Origin: Phoronis australis
Taxonomy: Eukaryota; Animalia; Phoronida
Direction of reading: 5' to 3'
NCBI GenBank assembly: GCA_002633005.1
Contig: NMRA01000535.1
Coordinates: 1-40,316 of the forward strand
Length of the DNA stretch: 40,316 bases
The notes under the pieces were generated by a model. It saw only the letters and a list, made by a program, of their open reading frames with translations. It was not told where the DNA came from and did no database searches. The position numbers and the translations under genes are program-made. Below, piece by piece: positions 1-12,311 of this stretch; within the stretch, counting starts at the first letter, position 1; the number at the start of each line of letters is the position of its first letter.

Positions 1-1
1 C

Positions 2-837
2 CTGCCGCCCAGCAGTGTTACGTACCATACCGATTCTATGGCTGTACTATATTACCTGCATAGTACCAGTGGGCGACTTCCAGTATTTGTTACTAACCGC
101 ATACAGCAAATACACGACTTCAGCGACCCGCCCCAGTGGAAGTACGTTAACAGTGAGAGTAATCCTGCGGATTGTGCATCTCGTGGACTGGACGCTCAGA
201 AGTTTCTCACTTTCGACGAATAGTTCCTAGGGCCTTCTTCTCTTTGGACACCGGAATGTTCGTTTGTGCAACCAGTCGAGTTTCCTGCTCCTAATGATCC
301 CTGCAGCGTGGCCGCTGTTCAGTCGAGCACAGTGACTGTGACAGAGTTTTCTGATGGTTTTGCAAAACTGATATCCCACTACTCGAGTTGGACGACTCTG
401 AAGAAGGCTGTGGTTGTGTTCCAAAGATTGAAATCATTGTTGTACCGTCGCATTCTTCAACAAGGTGTCCATGACAACGGCGAGGTTCAGGTATCATCAC
501 CCTTTAGTGTTGAAGAAATGGGTCAAGCAGAGGTTTCTATTTTGAAGTTTACCCAGCGTCAGCATTTTCACGACGATTTGGTAAGACTTTCTGATGCTAG
601 ACGCAACACGAAATCAACGCCACTCATTCGCCTTGATCCGTTTATCCAGGATGGTTTGATCCGTGCAGGCGGACGATTGACGAGAGTACGTCGAGAAATA
701 GCTGGCCCTTGGGACGAGTCGTGGACGTCTTCAAGGATGCCAACGGTCTTGTTCGAAGCTGCTATTTGAAAACTAGTGCGTCAACCCTCCATCGCCCGGT
801 CAATAAATTGGTTCTGCTCGTTCCTAATGGCACTTAG
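2..837 (+). pseudogene. BEL/Pao LTR retrotransposon pol remnant (RNase H, pre-integrase linker, C-terminal DUF5641-type domain; integrase core deleted)
   Basis: Frame +2 reads TDSMAVLYYL...FVTNRIQQIH...WKYVNSESNPADCASRG (BEL/Pao RNase H signature), with TAG at 221-223 where Trp is expected, then LDPFIQDGLIRAGGRL. At ~679 it jumps to frame +1: DESTSRNSWPLGRVVDVFKDANGLVRSCYLKT...RPVNKLVLL*, stop at 835-837. Confidence 0.92.
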
Positions 838-945
838 TGAATATTTACAATCTTGTCAATATTTGATTATTGTGTTTATTTGTCATGACTATCTGCAGTG
901 ATGTTTGTAAAAGTGAATCTCGATTTACCTCGTTTCCGGGGGGAG

Positions 946-1524
946 TGTTACTGCAGACTGCAATGTTATGTTACGTTGTGTTATACCGATTTAGGCGTAC
1001 GAATACACTTGCTTCTCGCCATGTAAGAAGACTTTCTTCAGTGTAGTTCTTGCGCCAGATGTCGCTCTCTCTGACTATTTATTCTGGTACCGCTCTATTT
1101 GAACGCCATTCCACAAACGTTTTATGGTGGATAAACGTCAATGTACATAATTAGTTTCTTCGGAATTTTGGTTGGACTTGGGGCGATATTGGCGTAAGTA
1201 CTCATGTTTCTTACAATACAGTTTATTTGCATTCATTAGTATGTTAGTGTTTCATGTTCTCTCAGGTGTACTTAATGTTTTGAACGCTTGTCATTAATGT
1301 ATATTCTTTGCCAGTTATCATTTTACTTGGGCGTTGTCCTCCTAAATGTTACTGTATATACATGGTAGAGCCCTATGCAACATGTAAGCTTGAACATGGT
1401 TTTTTTTTTTGGTTCTTTCAGTTTACCTACTACTACTGCTACTACTATTATCACACCTCCTACTACCCCAACATATGTCAATAAAGAGTAAAGCCCCCCC
1501 GAACATGTTTGTTTTGCTCCAACA
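946..1524 (+). mobile_element. 3' LTR of the BEL/Pao element
   Basis: Polypurine tract GGGGGGAG (938-945) directly followed by TGTT (946); AATAAA at 1480-1485; AACA terminus at 1521-1524. The 5' LTR is outside the window, so the right boundary and TSD cannot be confirmed. Confidence 0.75.
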
Positions 1525-1749
1525 GCCTATAAATAATCTCTCAATCATCTTTTCAATTCATCTAGACCAACTAGTAAAAGCCAATTGAATTTAAACAAAG
1601 ACCCAGTGCCACCTATATTAGTAATAATGCTCACTACAGAAGGCTGTTTTGTAAACTTAGATGTAAAAACCGCTTGGTATATGCATTTTTTTGTAAAAAA
1701 TCTGTGTGTTTGGGGGGATTGCTGGGGGTGGGGGGTTATGCGCCGGAAT

Positions 1750-1819
1750 CATGGACGCCCTGGAATATTGGGAACCCCATTTTGGGCACCCTATTTTCAA
1801 AATCCTGGATAAAGGCCTG
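1750..1819. mobile_element. Orphan end of a hAT-like DNA transposon/MITE
   Basis: Ends ...TTTTCAAAATCCTGGATAAAGGCCTG (reverse complement CAGGCC...) after a GC-rich subterminal tract; no partner end found. Confidence 0.35.
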
Positions 1820-2899
1820 CACAGGAGTTTATACAATGGCCATCTTTTAGGTGAACAGTGAATGTTGGGTGGCCAGAATGTTTTGTAGCACATTTTCAAT
1901 ATTCTGTGGGCCCCATGACACTGGTCTGACTTAACGACACCAATCTCAACAAACCTTACCATGGAACTGCTTTTGATGACTCTTATTGGTTGTTGTTTCT
2001 GCATTTCACATTTAGATGAATATTATTGGTTGCTTTTGGTGCCACCAGCCCATCGAGATAGAGTTCATCTCATTGCCTTATAAGGAGTTTTATTGGCAGC
2101 ATAAACATATCTGTGGCGCATGCTCTCTATGACAATCTGCCAAGCCGTTTGTGACTCAACATCGGCAGCTTTCATGCACGACGTTTCAAGTTTCGGGGAA
2201 CAATTCCAAGATTTGAGACAGAAAGTGACGCCACTGGGTAAAGTTAAAATATATGTCTTGCGGTGAGAAATTGTAGCCAAAATCACGTGCTCTCATTGAA
2301 AACACATGGTAATACCTCGCGTAATCTCGCATAATCTCGCAGAGTCTTGTTTACCTAACGTAGCCCTAACAATACTTCCCTTACCAATTGACAAGCGCAA
2401 TCTGCATACTTAGTAATGTCGTCTGCCGCGAAAAGGCGTAAAAAGACTGCTAAGCTTGAGGATTATTTTAAAAACCCGAGAGATATTTCAGATGCGGATG
2501 CGACACATAATCCAGATCCGCAGAGGGTGGTGATACTGCTGGGCTCAGTCAACGAATCGCAAATATTCGTGCCATGAACGGTAGACCAAATTTTTGCTGA
2601 AAGCATTAGACATCGGCATTCTTACAATTCGCTCCAACTTGAGAACAGATGGTTCTCAGATGGAAGAATGAGTTTGTGACAATCCTTAAATTTATGGAAA
2701 TTCTATAGTTGCAAGCGTTTGACCAATTCAGTCGATATCATTCTAGAAATATTAGTTTTCATCAACAGGCCTAACACTCTGATCCAAGTAAATGGAAAAC
2801 GCACGTGAATGGTTTCGTTTCCCTAATTAGTAATTTGCATTCATGATTGAGGACTCGCAGATATTGGAAGAATTCTTGTAGTGCAGAAGTTTAATGTTG

Positions 2900-3199
2900 C
2901 AGTGACGGATTTAGGATACCTTAAGGGGGGACCCAACAAGTTGCCTCAAGCAATTGGGCAAAGCGCGATTGTATGTGCAGCACAGGCGGAACGTTGCAGC
3001 AGCCGGAATGTTTGGAAAATGTATCGGTGGACTAAAAAAAACGGAACGTGATTCCGTTCCGCTGGGGACCCCCTTTTCTGCTACCAGTCCTAGTTACTGA
3101 ACTCAATATTTCCTCACGCTTCACGCTGTTGCTCTTTCATTGTGCTTGCATCAGCCAAGGGGGGGGGCAGGCCCCCTGGGCCCCCTCTAAATCTGCCTG
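2900..3199 (+). mobile_element. Non-autonomous hAT-like MITE with 5-bp TSD (copy A)
   Basis: Termini CAGTGACGGATTTAG...CTAAATCTGCCTG; TGTTG duplicated at 2895-2899 and 3200-3204; interior is the reverse complement of 18426-18688. Confidence 0.8.
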
Positions 3200-3629
3200 T
3201 GTTGTACCAACTTCAGAACATCAAATTCAGACAGACAATGCAGGCTGGGCCCAGTGCTGTGCAAGACTTAACTGAGAGAAAGCGTAGACGTGGCAATCAA
3301 AACATAAAAATGCGACTGGCTTTACAAAGACACTTCACTTTGGCTGTATTACTTCGTGGGAAAAGTTTACCTCTGTCTTTAGGCTTTTTGGACTTAGTCC
3401 ATCACAAGTAGGCCTATTGAGTAAAATATTTCCCCATACTGTTTAAAACAAGTCTGCATAGACTTCCATTTCAAAGTCACTGACTAAACAAATGGCTTAT
3501 GTGATATGTTTGTAAATAAGTTCACCTTTTAGAAATAAAAAATACGAACAAACACAGTTATTTGTTTGCACTACTGTGCGCTACTGTTGAAATGGGTGGG
3601 TAAAATAAGGTGCATACTTAAGCCTACGG

Positions 3630-3810
3630 GGAATGTGGTCTACAAATGATTTTTTTCAGGAATGTCTGATCTTATTGATAAATTGAAGACATTACTGTAG
3701 AATTTTAGAACTGTAGGCAAGGCATTTTCACATGTACACCTTCGCGAAGTCTGAAAACGCATGTGGAGGTGCTTATAGGGGCTTGGGCGCTTATTACGGC
3801 GACTACGGTA
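3630..3810 (+). mobile_element. Right-end fragment of the HIRAN-carrying TIR element family (cf. 14185-14587)
   Basis: Aligns by eye with ~14440-14587 (ATTGATAAATTG, TTAGAACTGTAGG, AAGTCTGAAAACGC, GGGCGCT); ends GGGCGCTTATTACGGCGACTACGG-TA, a pogo/Tc1-mariner-like terminus next to TA. Confidence 0.6.
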
Positions 3811-3938
3811 ATATATGCACATACCATAGATTCACATATTAGTGCCCGAGCACTCAGATGTCAATGTACAGCTAGTTAATATATGCCCATGCCATAGTGT
3901 TACGTATTATTGCCAGTGCACTCAGCAATTGAAAATGA

Positions 3939-4718
3939 AACAACAGCAACGCGGAGCATTGAAATGCACCCACGAATGAATTGCAAATGGTGTGCTTTTA
4001 GGGTTATTTATTTGTATAATAAAAATGGCCACTAGATGGCGCAAAAACATACAATCCATCCAAAAACAGGAACATACCATATTTCATAAAAATCTGTCAA
4101 GGAACTTCAGAGAAACAAAGGAAAACAGAAATTGCCACTAGTGGGCACAGTGTCCGTTGGATCCCCCGGAAAGTCGTCGTCGCCTGTTGTTAGCTTCATA
4201 TAAATACACTTACTAAATTTAGTAAAGATCCTGCAGTGGGTTTAAGAGATACAACTATGGGCGCAAAACAGAACAAAACAAAATTACCACTAGGAGGCGC
4301 CTAAGTAGTCAAAGTTGTCATCATCAACCGCCCTCTTCACACCGAGAACGTATACGCCAATTTTCAAAATCATCGTCAGAATGATTTGGTTGATAGAGGA
4401 ATAGACGCCAATAAACAGACTCGAAAACAGCAAAAATGGCCACTAGGTGGCGGAAACTACGTCGAATCCATCCAAAAACGGGAGGACAGTGTCACCTCAC
4501 TAATAGGTGCCTACATATTAAATTTCATGAAAATCCGTTAAGAACTTTTGAAGACACAATTAAGATAAACGTAAAAAAATAAAATTGCCACTAGGGGGCA
4601 CATCGGTAGTTGGATCTGTCCAAAAGTCGTCGTCTATTGTTAACATCATATAAATACTTACTAAATTTCGTAAAGATCCTGCGAACGGTTTAGGTGATAT
4701 AGCCATAGGTGCAAAAAG
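3939..4718. mobile_element. Helentron-associated (HINE/DINE-1-like) non-autonomous element, truncated copy
   Basis: Starts AACAACAG plus imperfect hairpin CAACGC-GGA-GCATTG; ~410-450-bp internal subrepeats with CCACTAGGTGGCG motifs; homologous to 8803-10384. Confidence 0.65.
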
Positions 4719-5251
4719 TTGACATTACACATCATACAAAGATAAATATTGAACTACAATATGTTTTTTATTAGAAGGGAAATTACGCAAAACAATAGTC
4801 GACTGTTTCCCATGTTATGATTTATATCAACGACAAATTACTAATACCTTTCAACTGGAGATTTCAACATTACTTGATGTGAGTTACAGCCAGACTGCTG
4901 AGAATAAGCTCAGAACATTACTTGAGATGCAGAATGACTGTTGAGAATAAACCCAGAACAACAAAAGGATGAGATTGCCTTGGATGTATTACCTAACACC
5001 TCCATGCAAGGTCAGGTCACTTCAAGAACAATAGCACCTCAGGACAAAGACATGACCAAGGATATAATGGTCTCCATTCTCTGGGGGGAGGGGCTTTACA
5101 ACTGGTATGGCTGGGTTATTGGTTTTTTTTCACAGCCAGGAAAGGATGCTACATGAATTTACTGCATGAAAGGGTGCACTTTAATGTATGTCCACAACAA
5201 AAAGAATTACCCTGGAGTTCATAGAAACAACAAGGTGATGTTACAATAAAA

Positions 5252-5473
5252 AATCATGGAAGGATTGTACGCTAATCATGGAAGGATGGTACGCTAATCA
5301 TGGAAGGATGGTACGCTAATCATGGAAGGATGGTACGCTAATCATGGAAGGATGGTACGCTAATCATGGAAGGATGGTACGCTAATCATGGAAGGATGGT
5401 ACGCTAATCAAGGAAGGATGGTACGCTAATCATGGAAGGATGGTACGCTAATCATGGAAGGATGGTACGCTAA
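5252..5473. repeat. 22-bp minisatellite, ~10 near-identical copies
   Basis: Unit AATCATGGAAGGATGGTACGCT repeated head-to-tail without spacers. Confidence 0.97.
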
Positions 5474-5705
5474 AGGATTCTGATTTCAACAGTTTGTGTA
5501 AAGGCCATTACAATTAACTTTATCTTTTGACACAAACTTATAATTTACTAAGTACATCACTGGAAGATATGTAAAATTTAGCTACTTTTGATAAATCATA
5601 CTTAATTCAAAGTGAAACATGCAGTTGACTCTGTTTTCATACTACAATACACAAACACAGATTGTCATTCATTCACACACCTACCTGTCTAGTCAAAAGA
5701 CTGAC

Positions 5706-5922
5706 CTGAGTAGAAGGTATGCAGGTGTTGCTCACTGTCCACTAGTGTCTTTAACTGATAGGCAAGATCATGGTTTAACAGGCACTGTCTCAGCCATACT
5801 TGACCTCGCCGTGATCGGCCGCTGGGGTCAGAGAGGCGATTGATCTTTTCAATAGATGGCGCCAGCACTGGGCTCAGGCAGCGCAGGGCCCGTACAAACT
5901 CCCAGTAGTCTGTGCAATTGAC
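5706..5922 (-). CDS. Internal coding exon of a RUN-domain protein
   Basis: Acceptor TTTTTTACTCGCTGCAG and donor G|GTCAGT bound a 217-bp open exon (phase 0 to 1): VNCTDYWEFVRALRCLSPVLAPSIEKINRLSDPSGRSRRGQVWLRQCLLNHDLAYQLKTLVDSEQHLHTFYS. This matches RUN blocks (YW.F, RG.xWxR.xL, L..L......L..FY). Confidence 0.8.
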
Positions 5923-5944
5923 CTGCAGCGAGTAAAAAATAGAC

Positions 5945-7762
5945 TGAAAGCGCTCCGTGGAGCGAAACTTGGCGAAATTAACCAAAAAAACACGTTAGAG
6001 ATGACGAGAAAAGACGATGACAGAGATGATGATGAAGATGACAGCTATGACGACGATGGTGGCAATGATGGACAATGCAAGTTATGATATCATTCACATT
6101 ACGAATGTAGAGGTCAGAAATTACTAAGAAACAGGCTACAGTCTTGAGCGACACTTGGCGAAATTATCGAAGAAAAGACGACGTCGGAGATGATGACGAA
6201 GATAACGAATGTGGTGATGGTGGTGGCGATTATGAACAACATCACAACATTCATATGACGAACTTAGATGTCATAAATCAATAAGAAATAGGCTACAGTC
6301 TAGTTCAATAGAAGCTAAACCAACATCAATGCAGCAAGAGCGCTCAACAAAGGAACAGCGTTATCAGAAAATCTCAAATAACTCGAAAAGTAGACGTCCT
6401 ACCGAAAAATGGAAAACATCATCTGAAAGCCCGTTCAAATTTCTATCTAAATTGATAGTATCACACAATTCCGTAAATTTTTTCAAAAGAAATGAAATTT
6501 TGGGTTTTTTTAAGAAATTTAACCCTTATCCTGCGCTAGGCGAGGTCAGCCGACATGCCAATTATCCTATTAAAATGCGTTGGGTGTACTCAATCGACTA
6601 TAATAAGTTACAGCTGGGCTGCGCTAGGAGAGTGCACTCACCCCAGGACACTAGTGATTTTCATTCAGAAATTGTAAGAGCCCTGGAATGTTGTTTAGAT
6701 ATGTGACCATGAGCATTCCATACTTCACAACTTCCTCTACTGTTCTCCAATTTAAACCATATGGCTGTGATTACTAGTTTGGGAGATATTGGCAGGTTTA
6801 TGTAAGAGTAGACACATAGTTTCATTATATGGCTGGAGCCATACGGGAGAGGATAACAGTGGATCAGCTTACTTTCACCAAGGCTATGATAAAGACTTAC
6901 ACATGGTGAAAATTCCCATTAAATTCTGCACAAGTTTTGTATTGACTTCTTTTCTGTTAATTTAATATTTCCCTTTCAAATTTCCAATTTAAAATTGTTA
7001 GGTCATTTGTCTGGGTGACCTCCACAACAGCTTAGTGTACAGTAGTAGTGGTGACCTACTTAGCTCAGCACACAGGGAAAGTAGTCTGAATAGAGGCACA
7101 GCAGGATAAGGGTTAAAGTCAAATATCTTGAAAACGGTAAGTCTGAGAAAAAAATTGATAAAGTTCATTTGAAAGAGTATACCTTAAAAAACCACATGCA
7201 AAAATTCACGTCATTTTCTCATCGCATTTAGATAGCACCTCAGCCCGACTGAAAATAGGTCAACATGCGCCAGAACCGCCATCTTGAAAGCAACTTCCGG
7301 TTTTTTGGCTTTGTATAATAGCATGTCATAAGAAACTAATACCTGTAAAAATTCGAAGGAATTGGTCTCATAATGCGCCCTCTACAGGAGAAAACGTTTT
7401 TAGGCCAAATTCGAGGTGCGCATGCGCGATTGCCGATATTTCCGCCATTTTTAACCGGAAATAAACAATTTCCGGTATACTTGTAGCAAACTTTCAGTCC
7501 ATTTACTGTGCCGATTCTTAGCCTTTTACGTAAAAAATTGTAGCCTTCAGAAGCATTTGAACCTTTAAATGAAAAAAATGGCCGCCATCTTGGATCCGAT
7601 TTTGACGAAAAACAATAGGCTTCCAGTACTTCCGGAACTACGTGTTATGTGTAAATTTCGTGATGATCGGACGAAAAATTGCGACCTGTATCGTGCGAAC
7701 AAACAAAAAAAAACAAACTTAGTGACAGAGCAACATACTTGGCGAAATTTTGATATTTTTGT
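5945..7762. mobile_element. Second HINE-like element, interrupted by a piggyBac MITE
   Basis: Terminal hairpin CGCTCC-GT-GGAGCG (~5951); ACTTGGCGAAATT recurs at ~5967, ~6153 and ~7738; tandem ~160-185-bp GAT/GAC-rich duplication at 5961-6301; ACAA-type microsatellite near 7698-7720. Confidence 0.5.
6523..7112. mobile_element. Non-autonomous piggyBac-type MITE
   Basis: Perfect 12-bp TIRs CCCTTATCCTGC / GCAGGATAAGGG; TTAA on both sides (6519-6522, 7113-7116). Confidence 0.9.
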
Positions 7763-7776
7763 ACTTTAAGCATGAT

Positions 7777-8639
7777 ACTAAAACATTATTACTAAACAGT
7801 ATTACTAAAACATTGTTACTAAAACAGTATTACTAAACATTATTACTAACTAAGCAGTATTACTAAAACATTGTTACTAAAACATTATTACTAAACAGTA
7901 TTACTAAAACATTGTTACTAAAACGGTATTACTAAACATTATTACTAAACAGTATTACTAAAACATTGTTACTAAAACATTATTACTAAACAGTATTACT
8001 AAAACATTGTTACTAAAACAGTATTACTAAACATTATTACTAAAACATTATTTCTAAAACATTATTACTAAACAGTATTACTAAAACATTGTTACTAAAA
8101 CTGTATTTCTATTACTAAAGTATTATTACTAAAACAGTATTACTATTACTAAAGCATTATTACTAAAACATTGTTACTAAAACAGTATTACTAAACATTA
8201 TTACCAAAACGTTATTACTAAAACATTATTACTAAAACATTATTACTAAAACATTATTACTAAACAGTATTACTAAAACATTGTTACTAAAACTGTATTA
8301 CTAAACATTATTACTAAAACAGTATTACTATTACTAAAGTATTATTACTAAAACAGTATTACTATTACTAAAGTATTATTACTAAAACATTATTACTAAA
8401 ACAGTATTACTAAACATTATTACTAAAACATTATTACTAAAACATTATTACTAAACAGTATTACTAAAACATTGTTACTAAAACTGTATTACTAAACATT
8501 TACTAAAACAGTATTACTAAACATTATTACTAAAACTTTATTACTATTACTAAAGTATTATTACTAAAACAGTATTACTACAACAGTATTACTAAAGTGA
8601 TGTTAGTAAAACAATTACTAAAACATTATTACTAAAACT
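7777..8639. repeat. AT-rich satellite with 13-14-bp units
   Basis: Alternating AAAACATTATTACT / AAACAGTATTACT / AAAACATTGTTACT variants over ~860 bp. Confidence 0.97.
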
Positions 8640-8802
8640 TACTTCCCTATCGGTTGACACACTATTTGCGGCAAAACTTCATAAAACTGTTTGTTTATTT
8701 TGATGAAATCAACTGACTGACTGATACTGTTGTTAGATATGGCTTCCAAAACCATGTAACTTGTCATTTTTGGGACAGATATTCAAGACTTTCACTCAGT
8801 GT

Positions 8803-10384
8803 ACAAGAGCAACACGGAGCGTTGAAATGCGCCTACGAATGCATCGCTAACAGTGTGCTTCAAGGGTTGTTTGTTTCATAAAAAAGTCACTAGATGGCGC
8901 AAGAACATCAAATCCATCTGAGAACGGGAAAATGCCATAGCTTCTTTAATAGAAAGCCATTTACCAAATTTCATATCAGTCAAGGAACTCCAGAGAAACA
9001 AAGAAAAACGGAAAAAATGAAATTGCCACAATGGGGCACAGCGTTCATTGGATCGGCCCGAAAGACGTTGTCTGTGTTAGCTTCATAAAAATACAATTAC
9101 TAAATTTAATAAAGATCATGCACTGTGTTAAGGAGATGCAGCTATGGGCGCAAAACAAAACAAAACTACCACTAGGAGGTGCCACAGTAGTCGAATTTGT
9201 TATAGTCAACCGCCCTCTTCACACTAAGAACATACACACCAATTTTCAAAATCATCCTTAGAATAGTTTGGTTGATCGATGAGTGGACACCAAAAAACAG
9301 ACTCGAAAATAGAAAAAATGGCCACTAGGTGTCGCAAACTACCTCGATTCCATCCAAAAACGGGAGGATAGCATCATCTCACCAATAGATGCAAATATTC
9401 CAAATTTTCTGAAAATCTGTTGAGGACCTTTGAAGATACAAAGGTAAACCCAAAAAGTAAAATTGCCACTAGAGGGCACACTGATAGTCAGATTAGTCCG
9501 AAAGTTGTTGTCATTCGTTGTGGACAGAATTTAAATATACTTGCTAAATTTAGCAAAGATCCTGCAAACGGTTTATGAGATACAGCCATGGGCGCAAAAA
9601 AAAACTGCCACTACGAGGCGCCACAGTAGACGAAATAATCGGAAAGTCATTGTCGGCCGTCCTCTTCATAGTAAGAACATACATGCCAATTTTCACAATC
9701 GTCCTTAGAGCGGTTTGGTTGATAGAGGGGTGGTCGCCAAAAACAGTAAAACGGTAAAACTGACCACTAGGTGGCGCAAACTAACTTAAGTCAAATCCAT
9801 CTGAAAAAGGAAAGATAGTGTCTCCACACTAACAGAAGCCTGTACGCCAAATTGTTTTGAAAATACATAGAGGAGCTTTGAAGAAACAGAGGCTAACGTA
9901 AAAAAATAAAATTGCCACCAGGGGGCACACCAGTTGTCAAATCCGTCCTAAAGTCGTCATCGTCTTCTGCCAACATCGTACAAATGCATTCACTAAATTT
10001 AGTAAAGATCCTACAGCCTAAAAATAGACTCGAAAACAGTAAAAATGGCCACTAGGTGGCGCAAATTACGACAAATCTATCCGAAAACAAGAGGATAACA
10101 TCATCTCACTAATAGATGCCTACATGCGAAATTTTATGAAAATACGCTGAAGACCTTTGAAGATATAGAGGTAAGGGTAAAAAACTAAAATTGCCACTAG
10201 GGGGCACACCGGTAGTCGGAACCATCCCAATGTTCGCTCATGCCATCTCATCCCTGAGAGGAACATATGTGCAACATTTCATGAACATACGCCAAACGAT
10301 TTTGGAGTTAGAGCAGTGGACGCGGGACAGACGCCGCCCGGACGGACGGAAAGACAGAGATGACGCATGTGGACGCATAAAAAG
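8803..10384. mobile_element. HINE/DINE-1-like element, near full length
   Basis: ACAAGAG plus imperfect hairpin CAACAC-GGA-GCGTTG; subterminal inverted match ATGCGCCTACGAATGC vs GCATGTGGACGCAT; 3-4 internal ~280-440-bp subrepeats; GACG/GACA microsatellite at ~10318-10358 before the A-rich end. Confidence 0.7.
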
Positions 10385-10400
10385 ATGAAGAAAATAGTTG

Positions 10401-10871
10401 TGGCTTGTACTGTAGTTTCATAAAATAACGTAGCCAGCATGGCATGTACTGTAGATGTCATAAAATAATGTAACTAGCATGGCTTATACTGTAGATGTTA
10501 TAAAATAACATGACTAGCACGATGTGTACAGTAGATGTCATAAAATAATATAACTAGCATGGCGTGTACTGTAGACGTCATAAAATAATATAACTACCAT
10601 AGCTTGTACTGTAGATGTCATAAAATAATATAACTAGCATGGCGTGTACTGTAGATGTCATAAAATAATATAACTAGCATGGCGTGTACTGTAGATGTCA
10701 TAAAATAATATAACTAGCATGGTGTGTACTGTAGATGTCATAAAATAATATAACTAGCATGGCGTGTACTGTAGATGTCATAATATAACTAGCATGGCTT
10801 GTACTGCAGATGTCATAAAATAATATAACTAGCATATAACTAGCATGGCGTGTACTGTAGATGTCATAAAA
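10401..10871. repeat. 40-bp minisatellite, ~11-12 copies
   Basis: Unit TAAAATAATATAACTAGCATGGCGTGTACTGTAGATGTCA. Confidence 0.97.
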
Positions 10872-11280
10872 CAACATTTGGTAAAGTCATCAACATTTGT
10901 ACCAAAGTAATTAATCAGCCTTTGAAAATGGAAAATAACAATTTTGGTGATTACTTTAGAAGTTTATGGTACTCAAAATTAAGACGTTGCTATCACCTGG
11001 TTCTGAAGTAGTTTATGCTGCAGTATACTCTCAACATCTTGGCACAGCCGTGACAGACCACCGTATGTATTCCAGACATTGACACTCTGATTGGCCAACA
11101 GACCTTCTACGGTTGACTTCAGCTGCGTGAACAGCGTGTGTTTGGTTCTGTTAACAGAGAAAACGACGGCAACATTAAGAACAGAGAGAACTATCCCAAA
11201 AGTATTTTGTAAATTTTACGTTTAAGTTTCTGCCTAAACATTAAGTTCAGAAAATGGAATTGATCTATACGTCACACAAT

Positions 11281-11401
11281 CAACTGACAGGTATGGATGG
11301 GGATATGGTCAACTGACAGGCATGGATGTGGGTGGGGTAAACTGACAGGCATGGATGTGTGCGGGGTCAACTGACAGGCATGGATGTGGAGGGGTGTCAA
11401 C
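11281..11401. repeat. ~29-30-bp tandem repeat (4 copies); solo copy at ~15795-15825
   Basis: Unit GTCAACTGACAGGCATGGATGTGG plus a short variable G-rich tail. Confidence 0.85.
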
Positions 11402-12060
11402 CTAGGCTAGCACTAGCCGCTCGCTAGCTTGACATTGGCAAATTCTCAGCTGTCCTGGCCATGGTAGAGCTAAGTCTATTCGCCAACTTGGTGAGTGCTT
11501 TGGCAACTTGCCAACAAAAATTCATTTCAGGAAACCTACTCCAGTGTCGACTTGCAATCAACTCGAATCAGGTCGCGCGACTCCAAGTCCTAAAGGTAGC
11601 AAGCGAATATTCCATTTCATGTCCTGAAATCACTCTTTTACCGCAACGAAATGTTCAAATTTGTGGAGGGGTCAGCGCTCTTGGTAATGGCAATTTCTCG
11701 TTTCATAGCGAGATTTTGTGTAGGTGCTGCAGCTTGTCGTCTGCATGTGACAGTGTCAAAATAATGAATACAAGACTATTTCGGAGGCAAACGTGATGCA
11801 GTCTCTCGATAACTTTTTACAACAGTCATGACATTTAGAGAGCTGACGAGGTATGACATGTGACATATTTTGATTTTAAAACATGTCACAAACTCAATCT
11901 TCACGGCAGCGGCCGCGGCTTTTACTCCTCAAAAGGAGAACCTGTCAGTGTCAAACAACTCATATGCATGTTGGCATGACAAATGATGCGCTGAAAAATT
12001 GCTATATTTTTGTAATGAGGACGGAGAGATTCGTGCAACATGAAAACAATAAATGTCTAA

Positions 12061-12311
12061 GACAGCTCAACTCAGTTCAGTTTTATCCCCCAAGTAGTCT
12101 AATCGCGTCGGACTGGCTGACAGCTCAACTCAGTTCAATTTTATCCCCCCGAGTAGATCAATTTTATCCGCCAAGTAGTCAAATCTCGTCGGACTGGCTG
12201 ACAGCTCAACTCAGTTCAGTTTTGTCCCCCCAGAAGTCTAATCTCGTCGGAATGGCTGACAGCTCAACTCAGTTCAACTTTATCCCCCGAGAAGTCTAAT
12301 CTCGTCGGACC
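12061..12311. repeat. 58-bp tandem repeat, ~4 copies
   Basis: GACAGCTCAACTCAGTTCA starts at 12061, 12119, 12200 and 12258. Confidence 0.9.

Noticed and set aside
2000-2240. Very decayed hAT-like peptide traces (LVAFGA, VH.IA)
   Set aside because: Too many stops and too little similarity to support by eye.
5252-12311. Tandem arrays as CRISPR arrays
   Set aside because: Units are head-to-tail with no unique spacers, there are no cas genes, and the context is eukaryotic.
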